Of a stretch of 64,000 nucleotides of DNA, positions 54,738 to 64,000 are shown in pieces; within the stretch, counting starts at the first letter, position 1, and every line of letters begins with the position of its first letter. The notes beneath the pieces are model-generated. The model searched no databases. It had not been told where the DNA came from and saw nothing but the letters and a program-made list of their open reading frames with translations. A program made the translations under genes and the position numbers. The DNA lies in the NCBI GenBank assembly GCA_964016885.1, contig OZ024741.1, positions 44,516,001-44,580,000 on the forward strand, given 5' to 3'. This DNA is from Eledone cirrhosa. Lineage: Eukaryota.

Positions 54738-55240
54738 ATTTAGGAACAGTTTAGGTATGATACATTTTATTACTAATTATATCTAAATGTTTCTTCTCTC
54801 TTCATAATGTATTTTTAACTCTGATACTGGTTCAGTCTGGTTCAAACTGAATTGGTCTGTCCCAGTCATTCATTGAGCAACATCGGTGAAGTTGGCACCC
54901 TTAACTCACAGTTGGGTGCGGATGCATTCATGTATATATGTGTGTGTCCGCATGTATCTGTGTGTTTCTAAATGTATTAATAACTCCCTCTGGTCGAGCA
55001 ATCTTTGAAGTGTGGGGACAACTGGAAAGCTTCCATTACTCATACTTCTCGCCTTCTTCACTACCTCTTCTGCGGCCTCGATATGAATACCCCCTCCGCC
55101 TCCGTGGTATTTTTTTCGTGGTTATAGGAGGCTTAGCTCTGTTTCTCGACCGTTATATCGCGTGACTATCTCCCCCTCCGCCTTTTGGGATTCTTTCTCA
55201 CGTCGTGTAGACGCGTTCTTGAGACTAGTAAAATGAGGTA

Positions 55241-55328
55241 TCCTCTTGATAAGTCGGCAGACCTCGCAAGGACTCTATATCTTTGATATATTGTTTTTGT
55301 TTATGCCACGAAACTACGTAGTCGAGGA
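55241..55328 (+). ncRNA. Hammerhead ribozyme (array copy 5)
   Basis: Same as copy 1. Confidence 0.8.
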
Positions 55329-55562
55329 ATTTAGGAACAGTTTAGGTATGATACATTTTATTACTAATTATATCTAAATGTTTCTTCTCTCTTCATAATG
55401 TATTTTTAACTCTGATACTGGTTCAGTCTGGTTCAAACTGAATTGGTCTGTCCCAGTCATTCATTGAGCAACATCGGTGAAGTTGGCACCCTTAACTCAC
55501 AGTTGGGTGCGGATGCATTCATGTATATATGTGTGTGTCCGCATGTATCTGTGTGTTTCTAA

Positions 55563-55623
<61 letters not shown>

Positions 55624-56049
55624 AAAAATAATAATAATAGTAATAATAAGTAAGAAATAGTGTACAAATACGTATAGAGTCATAGTATATGTCATATACT
55701 ATAAGACTCTCTAAATATACTATATGATGAGACACGTCTGTTGTTACATCTTTTACTATATGATGTGGAGCAGACAAACTGGTAATACAGACAATACCAG
55801 GAATATACACACAATCCTCGGAAAGATTTCTCTGTCACATAAGAGATTTTAGGGAAATGTCCAATTCAAAGATGAATAACACTAGAAACTTGGATCACTA
55901 ATGAGGAGTACCATAAACTCAGCATTAGAGACCTACACCTATTTTCCATTGATTTCTTTTTTTGCCTCTTTCAAAGACCATACTCAAAATCGGTTGTATA
56001 AATATACGTGTCCTTGATCGAAGTGGAAGCAGGGAAAACTGCTCAATTA

Positions 56050-57400
56050 CCTTACAACAAAATATTTGCGTATTGTAGATTTTAGCAAGACTAGGATGTC
56101 TGAGATGCTCTTGCTGGTCTTGCTAGAAACGACTAGAGATTCTTGCGATCGATCCGGTTCGAGTGAAATTGCAGTTCTTTTTCGGAGAGGCTGCTCCTGA
56201 TGATAATAAAGGTATTCCTGGATCAGAAATGTAGATCGTAAGATTTAACGTATATGCAACGAGGAGGAAAGTGGTGGTGCTTTCAACCTACTGGCAGTTA
56301 AATCCCCAACTGGAGATGGAAGTCCGGACTTCTTCAGACGCCTAGAAACTTTGCTGGGAACATCCTACTCACTAGTGGACAATTGAAACGACGTTTTGGT
56401 TGCACGAAGGGATGTGGAGATAGCTGAGAGGAAATGTCTGTCCAAAAGCATTATAAACCTACTCAAGATATAAAAGTCTTTGATAGGCATCATCTAGGTT
56501 TCTTGCACATGCTAATGTTGATTTGGACAAATCTCAGCAGTCCATCCTGATCGTAATTAGAGTTTTCAAGAGTACCTTAGAGAAGCAGCTTTAGATGTCA
56601 ACACCTTCATGTAGTATGGCATACGGATCATACAATTATGACCTGTACAGTTCCTATTTACTGGAAAGTGGACTCCTCTTTTCCTGCATGGACATCTTAC
56701 TTTGACTCGGTTACTGAACTAGCCAGACCGCATCAAGCGGAGGCTAACATATACAACAGGCGGTGGGTTTGTTTAAATAGAAGAAGAAGAGAACTATATC
56801 GATGTGTTTCACTAAAGAGTTAGCTATCAATAACCATAGCGCAGAGAGGAAAGTAATTATTCTCTTAGAAGAAACGTATAGAACAGGATTAGCAATTGTT
56901 TTGCGAACGGTAAGAATGCCTCGTTCCCATTACTTAGAAGTGAAACAGGAAAGATGTCTTATATGTGCTAGGACACAGGCACTAAACAAATAGCCTCAGG
57001 TGTTATTTAATGGCCCTGGGTCGTGGAATCACAACGCTACAACAAAGCCACAATATGATCTCTGATGGAATACAGAGGGTGCGTGCAATTTGGCCCCAAA
57101 CATGAGTACGGTTTTCAATTAGCACTTTGCCGATATTTTCGTGAAGAGCAGCGAACTTGAGTCAAGCAACTTCGATGCCTACTTCAACAGCCTGTTACCT
57201 GTCTCTACCAGGGAGGCAGAGTAGTATGAAAGTCGATCTCGGCAGGTAATGTGGCCGATGTGTTATAATAGCAACTCTGTGAGAGGCAAATCGCCGTAAC
57301 TATAATCTCTATCTTAAGAGTTGCAATTATACATAATGGACTTGTTTGCTACTGCCTTTGCGACCGTCTACTGCAGCTGCTAACAGATTGTAGCGTTCAG
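56050..57400 (+). mobile_element. Old Tx1/L1-type LINE remnant (endonuclease/tether region)
   Basis: FFRRLETLLGTS and YWK.DSS. 57040-57380 resembles 350-700 (agcactttgccgatattttc vs ggcactttgcccgattattc). Confidence 0.55.
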
Positions 57401-57719
57401 AGGGAGATAAGAAATGTACTGGGCATATTCAATGCACATGAAGCGACAGAATAATCCGGCATTTCGCGTACTGTCCCTTCAATTGGGGAACTGTTCCTGG
57501 ACATTTAGTATTGAATTGTATTATAATCATGCCCATACTGAATTGTTATCATGATTACTTTTATTCTTATATCTACTGGCTTTCGTTTATTGAGATTCCT
57601 TACAATTTATTCAATGTAAACCACATTCCGTGTTGTTTTTCGTCCTTATATTTTACATAATGTCTTGAGCCATAGTGACCAATAAACTGAATCATTATTA
57701 GACGTAGAATTCGATTATC

Positions 57720-57906
57720 GGTGGATTGGCAGTATCGGTAGAGGGTCGGACGCCATGCTTTCCAGCATAGTTACGTCCCTTTATGATCTGAGTTCAAATC
57801 CCGCCGAGGTTGACTTTGCCTTTCATCTTTACGGGGTCGATAAAATAAAGTACCAGTAATGCACTGGGTATTTGCTGGCTTTGTGCCTAAAGTAGAAACA
57901 ATTATT
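57720..57906 (+). mobile_element. tRNA-derived SINE with a Nin-like core and 17-bp TSD
   Basis: A box TGGCAGTATCGG, B box GAGTTCAAATCC, core gcctttcatctttacggggtcgataaaataaagtaccag. attatt(a/g)gacgtagaat occurs at 57694 and 57901. Confidence 0.85.
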
Positions 57907-59430
57907 GGACGTAGAATGGATAGTACTTGTGCACTTATTCCTGTTTGTATTGGATGCAGTAAGATGTGAAACATTGGAGTTAAATTAGTAGTAGCAACAA
58001 TTGCATCACCATCAGTAGCAGCCTAATTAGCTTGGTAGTTTATTGGAAAGTTTCACAATAAAGCCGAGACACATCCCGATAAAAGAGAACCGAGACACAT
58101 TTTGATAAACCTTTCAAATATATTATATTTCGTTTATTCAGTATCTTGATTGGTTCTATTCATGGATTTTACGAGGGCGGATATGTCCAGAAACATTTCT
58201 CGTATATTACATTTCCGCCATTTTAATATCTTTACATATACATTAACTGAAGGAGGCAAAACGTTATCACAACATTTCTAAAACCGCATATTACGTGAGG
58301 TTGTTAATATTTGGAAGCGTAGAAGGAGAAGTGAATAAATACACAGGGGGGAAATTAATGCATTAAGTTAGTCTGATATATTTACGGTGAAGTGATAATA
58401 TTCTGTGATATTGATGCCCAGAAAGTATACAAAAATGTTATCATTAACTATATACCACTATAGTATATTTTCTTTTCACAAATTAGATTTTTATCATGCT
58501 AAAGAAAGATAGCAATACTCAAGTGGATGGGATTTATGACTTTTGACTTATGAGACGCAAGTTCATGTTCTAACACTGGAACACTGGAACATCGGTAATC
58601 TACTAAAATCCCAGCACCATCATACACGATAGTCACGTATCAGAATTAACGAACACTTACCAATTATTGCTTAGATGTTTTATTCTGAAATAATTCTGAT
58701 TTCTTTTGACTAAGCACAAACACTCTATAATGTGAGGGAGGTCATTTTCATGAGAAAACGACCATCATAGATTTTGATATACAGGCGAACTACTGACGCA
58801 TGCATGACTTAGTGGTTAAGATAATCGAATAGCAACTACATAGATACCGGTTTAGTCCCACCGTGTGGCTGCTAGAGTAATTTTCTTCTTCTCTAGCTTC
58901 AGGTTGGCCAATGGCTTGTGAGATAAATGAGGTAGGTAGCAACTGTAGGACCCCGTTGTATATATATATATATATATGTGGGGGGGGGGGGTCTGTATGT
59001 GTGTGTGTGTGTGTGTTTGTGCGTATGTGTGTGTGTATGAGCCATTTGCAATACTCTCACAATTTCTCAAAGACTTCTCGCAGTTTTAACATTTGTGCTG
59101 CGTTTGGGATAACAACCACACTTTTCTCAGCAAGTTGGACGCGAAATTCTCATCATCTCTTTGCGAGATACTTAGCACACGTTTTACCAGGGAGACCTAT
59201 CAAGAAGTTCCCCCTATAATTGGAGTAATCTTTTTTTGTCGCCATTTTGGAAAGTTGGGATGAACAGAAAAGGCATATATATATAAATTAAATGAAGAAA
59301 TATATATATCTTTACACAAGTATAGATTCATATAAAGACATCCGACCGATATTACGTTTTGCTCTATGAAAGAATTAACAGAGATCAATTCATTCAGAGC
59401 GTTGAAAGGCAAAGTTAACCTCGACGGTAA

Positions 59431-59532
59431 ATTCGAAAGGAAATTCAAGACAAAAAATTCTCCTGAAAAAGTCTCAAATCACCAGTAGAGATTTTCAGGA
59501 GAATTTTTTTGTCTTGAATTTTCTTTCGAATT
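59431..59532. repeat. Hairpin (~38-bp arms) next to a SINE fragment
   Basis: ttcgaaaggaaattcaagacaaaaaattctcctgaaaa is inverted downstream. Confidence 0.7.
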
Positions 59533-59799
59533 TTTATAATACAAACCTAATTAAATTATTGGCTGAGTGAGCAAAATACCGAAGCTGTGGCCATCATATT
59601 CCATAAACTTTGTCCCATAATTATTTTAACTCCCAGTGGACTAAATAGCATTTAAATTATAAGTTGAACGTTCTCATTTTGTTTGTTAAACTTATTTATT
59701 GTTTGCTACCCTGGCTTTCCTTTCTATATGAAATCACCCTGGTAGAATTCCTCTGAAGCTGTGTTCATTCTATTCAAGAAACTCCGTCCATAATTATAT

Positions 59800-61345
59800 A
59801 TATAGGTACATCGTCACGAGGTGGAGAGAATACTTTGTTGCCCTCCTAAACCTGACCACACCACCATCTTCGGAGTCACGGGGTACATCTGGGAGCAACG
59901 ACTAATCTCTGAGGCTGATGTCCAATGAGCGGTTAAAGAGCTTAAATGTGGCAAGGCAACCGTGGAAGACGAAAGCCTTAAATAGACAAGGTATTCCAGG
60001 TGGCCTGGCTCTTTGGAAAGACGCCCAATTAATGGCAATTGGGAGTGCTAATCCTAATTTTCAAAAAGGGAGACAAGAGAGATTGTTCCAATTACAGAGG
60101 GATCTCCTTGTTATGCCTCCCTGGTAAAGCCTATGCGGAGTGTCTGGCAAAGAAATGCAGGGAGATTGTCGAGTTCCCGCTAGCTGATGAACAGTACGGT
60201 TTACGCTCCTGACGCAGCACAGCCTACAAAATATTCACACTGCGGCAGATATTTGAGAAATCATGGGAGTTTGCCAAGAAGTATATTCTTGTTTTGTCGA
60301 ACTTGAAAAGTCATAGGACCGCATTCCATGGGACCCGCTGTGGAAGTCTGCGCAGGAATATGGGATTGATGGTCAGTTTCTTACTGCCCTGTAGTTTTGT
60401 TCGGACAAATGGTGCTAAATCGAAAACATTTAAGGTGGGAGTCGTACTCCGCCAAGAGTCCGTTCTGTAACCTCTCCTATTCATTATTTACATGAATAGG
60501 ACTGATATGCGCAGCCTCGTTGGAAGTGGTACATTGACTGACAGGTGAAAAATCAGTCCGCTGAAAATTTAGTCGACATGGTATTACTTAACTCGACAGA
60601 ATTGGATCACAGACTTGCACTTGATAGGTTTGATTCCAAGTGCTGTATGAGTGGAATGAAAATCAGGGCTGCGAAAACTGATAAATTCGTCCACTGAGTT
60701 AAGCCTGTGCAATGCACTCTGCATGTGAATGCAGTTCTATTGAAGCAAGATGAGAAGTTCAAGTAATTTGATTTGGGACCATGTTCAGGAGTGATGGCAG
60801 GAGCCTGAATTAAGTACAAGAATTGCAGGAGTTGGTGCAGTAATGCGTCAGCTTCAGCATTCACTAATCTGAAGAAGGGAGGTAGGCGTAGAAGCCAAAC
60901 TCGCTATATTTAATGTGGTATTCGTGCCAACCCTTACCTATGGTCATGAATCTTGGGTAATGACCGAAAGAATACGATCGCGAATACAAACGGCCGAAAT
61001 GAGGTTTCCCGGAAGGGTCTTTCGAGTAACGTTACCCGATAGTGCGTAGCTCGGAGATCGTGAGAGTCACTCCACGTGGAGCCGCTACTTCTCCGAAATG
61101 AGAGATCACAGCTCCGATACTATGGGCATATGGTTAGAATCTCGGGGAAAAAATAGCCGAAAAGATTTCATGGGCAAAACGAACCGACAGGAAATCCAGA
61201 GGTAGACCCCGAGCAAGATAGTTGGATAACATCCATGAGCTTGCTGATCTTGCTTGGGGATTCAGTCGGATCAGTTACAGACGGGGCCTTCTGATAGAAC
61301 ACGTTGTTTGAGGACTCCACCCCAACGACCCTCTCGAGAATAAGT
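59800..61345 (+). mobile_element. Decayed RTE-clade LINE (RT to 3' end)
   Basis: YRGISLLCLP, EQYG.R, IFTLRQIFEKSWEF, LRQ.SVL.PLLFIIYM, LTYGHESWVMTERIRSRIQTAEMRF and RGRPR. Confidence 0.85.
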
Positions 61346-61420
61346 TGTCGAAGAATCAGAAGATATACCTACATACCTACATGCACACACACACACCACA
61401 AAAATATGTATATATATATA

Positions 61421-61492
<72 letters not shown>

Positions 61493-62194
61493 CATATATA
61501 TATTCACATGCCTCGTCTCCTGTCTTCTTTTTTTTGTTATATACTAGAAACAGGGAGGTATATGCGAGTATATATAGAACACCTACATAGAAAAGTACAT
61601 ACATACGTGCATACATACATACATACACACACACATACATACATACAAGTATACCATTTATGACTAAACATTTGATATTTGATATTACCGTTTATGTTTC
61701 CTGTTGCAATTTAGCAACCATCAAATGTTGAATTATTATTTTATAGTGGAGATATATTTTTGCAATCAATTTTATGAAAGAACAAATATTGAAAACATGA
61801 GAAATGTTCTCGTAAAATGACAGTAAATATCGTTACTTATATCAGACAACTCAGTATCCATTCATTGTCTTATTGGGTGTGCAGCGGGATGGTGGAGTAT
61901 AAAAAGTTTAAGAATGATATTAATGTAACGTGTTCATGCTCTCCACAACAACAATTGAAATTATCAGAAATAAATGTAGGATAGAGAGACAGAAAATATC
62001 TTATTACATTTCAAGTACGATATACATAAACATATTAGACGCAAGAAGGTTTACAGGAATAATAAAAATGATATAAAGCAATGTATGAAAAAACAAATAA
62101 AATAAGGATATGAGAAAAAATGTTATAAACACAATCATTGTTTAGCATTGTTTCTGAGATTCCTTAGAAAATACATTAATCACAGCCACTATAG

Positions 62195-63150
62195 GATCGA
62201 TGGACAGCTTCTTGTTGTCTTGAAATGCTCTCCTATTACTGTTCGTATAAACGGTGCTAAGTCGAAACCATTCAATGTGGGTGTCGTATAAGACCAAGGC
62301 TGCGTACTGTTACCTCACATTTTCATAATCTTCATGGGCAAGATGGAATGCGCAATGGATTGGAAGTGATGTAAAGCTGGCCGGTATAGGATCAGTTCGT
62401 TGGAATTTGCGGACAGCATAAAACGCCCAACTTGTCAGAAAGTGATCTCTGACATACACTTCATAGGTTGGATGCCGAGTGATTAAAAGGAGGAAGAAAA
62501 TAATTGCTACAAAGACTGAGACAGGTGTGCTCCTAAGGAAGCTTGCGCTGTGCACTCTATGTGGGAATAGAGTTTCCCTGAAGCAGATGGAGAAGTGCAC
62601 GTATTTCGGAGCCCTGTTCGCTAGTGATGGATGGCAGGAGGCTGAATTAAGTGTAATAATTGAAGGAGTGTTTGCAATAATGCGGGAAATTCAGCATTCG
62701 TCTATTAGAAGGCAGCTAGATGTAAAAGCCAAACTTGTTATCTTCAATACGGTATTCGTGGAAACCATTACCTTTACCATGGTTCTTGTGTAATGACCGA
62801 AAGAATACAGACGCTCGAAATAGGGTGCTTCCGAAGATTCTTTGGAGTAACGTTAATCGATAGAGTGCTTCACTCAGAGATCAGAGAGTCACTCCAGGTG
62901 GAGCCGCTACTTCTCCGAATTAATAGATCACAGCTCCGATACTAAGGATATTTGGTAGAATGTCTCAGGAAAGAATCACTCATCAGATTTTATGAGAAAA
63001 ACGAAGTAGCAGGAGACCGTAGGTAGACCCCGAGCAAGATGGTTAGATAACGTCTATAGGCCAGGGTTGGCTTAGCTTCTGGATCCAACCGGATCAATAG
63101 GACACGGCTGCTTCTGACAGGCCCCGCTGGAAGACGAACCTACCAGGAAT
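62195..63150 (+). mobile_element. Decayed RTE-clade LINE (same family)
   Basis: Collinear with 60360-61340 (RPRLRT/QGCVL, LKQMEK..YFG, VEPLLLRINRSQLRY). Confidence 0.8.
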
Positions 63151-63187
63151 AAACGAGCGAAGAAGTTAAATATATTTGTACAAACAG

Positions 63188-63270
<83 letters not shown>

Positions 63271-63525
63271 CGTATATATTGCCAGGGAACGTCTCCACGA
63301 ACCACCGAAACAGAATATTAGTCTACGACTTAATTTATACCATAAACCTGGTTTTGTCTTTGCGTATAATTGTCCTCACCGCTCCAAATAATGACGTATT
63401 ATCTTCGCTTTTTCCCGTTCATTGCCAGGGAACGTCTCCACGAACCAAAGTATCGTCTTCCTGTTTTCCTTCGGTTGCAACGTTTTTCGAAATATTTAAT
63501 TCTGCGTTCACAGATTGATTTTTTT

Positions 63526-63576
63526 AGTTTCAGAAGATCCCGTTAAGGGTGAAAGCAGCGATTCTTTGCTTAAACT
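63526..63576 (+). ncRNA. Hammerhead-like motif with a CAGAAGA core (family F)
   Basis: agttt-CAGAAGA-t-ccc-gttaa-ggg-t-GAAA-gcag-cgattct-ttgc-TT-aaact. All three stems pair. Confidence 0.6.
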
Positions 63577-63598
63577 TGAATCCGTTATTTTAATAAAA

Positions 63599-63690
<92 letters not shown>

Positions 63691-63697
63691 TATACAG

Positions 63698-64000
63698 TAT
63701 TTACGTATCGAGAGAGAAAAAAAAAGGGGGGGGGAGGATAGGTGATACATATAGTTATTTGCCAAGTAGTGCATGCCAAAGGTGCTCTATACTAGTGCCG
63801 GCAGTATTAAATATTCGAATTTAGTGGGCTAGATAGTTAGCAGAGCGTAAGCACGTGGGAAAGTAAGAAATCGGAGAATAGACGGTTAAACATGTTTATT
63901 TAAAACAGCACCTACGTACGTTTCGCCCAGATGGGCTTCTCAAGGGCATAAATAATGCATAAATAATTCTCAAGGGCATACAAAATATTTATGCCCTTGA
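63698..64000 (-). mobile_element. Family E element with a UUGAGAA hammerhead (63908-63950); inversion starts at the window end
   Basis: Homologous to 21073-21343. atgcccttga at 63991-64000 begins the inverted arm. Confidence 0.75.

Larger units (their letters stand above)
52335..55568 (+). repeat. Tandem array, 591-bp unit x ~5.5, one hammerhead per unit (retrozyme-like)
   Basis: Exact 591-bp period (ORF echoes at 52574, 53165, 53756, 54347, 54938). Only a handful of substitutions. The 3' end runs into (TA)n. Confidence 0.95.

Noticed and set aside
52574-55165. Five repeated 75-aa ORFs
   Set aside because: They are an echo of the 591-bp repeat. The ORF starts in a TG-rich stretch and has no recognisable domain.
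52335-55568. CRISPR-like or rDNA/snRNA gene array
   Set aside because: There are no variable spacers, and I recognise no 5S, U snRNA, SL or tRNA sequence in the unit.
57720-57810. tRNA gene
   Set aside because: A and B boxes are present, but there is no cloverleaf. It is the head of a multi-copy SINE with TSDs.

Overview
Repeat-dense, AT-rich animal DNA with no protein-coding host gene I can support. It is most likely an octopod cephalopod, inferred from the recurrent tRNA-derived SINE and the (TA)n/(CA)n load. Standard elements present are decayed Tx1/L1-type and RTE-type LINEs, several Penelope-like element (PLE) RT/GIY-YIG remnants, a non-autonomous Helitron and a SINE family. The main signal is a dense set of short elements carrying hammerhead ribozymes (HHRs) that sit in (TA)n microsatellites. 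Folding by eye gives about 20 type-I HHR motifs in about 11 sequence families. Four families look like retrozymes (tandem or circularly permuted monomers of ~320, ~430, ~313 and 591 bp). The 591-bp family forms a near-identical ~5.5-copy array at 52.3-55.6 kb. Three families use the UUGANAA (U3-A8) core variant and one has a CAGAAGA core. Two unrelated families carry an octamer (ATGCAAAT) and a TATA-like box ~35 nt apart, upstream of the ribozyme. All structures were folded by eye, so boundaries may be off by a few bases and no activity is shown.
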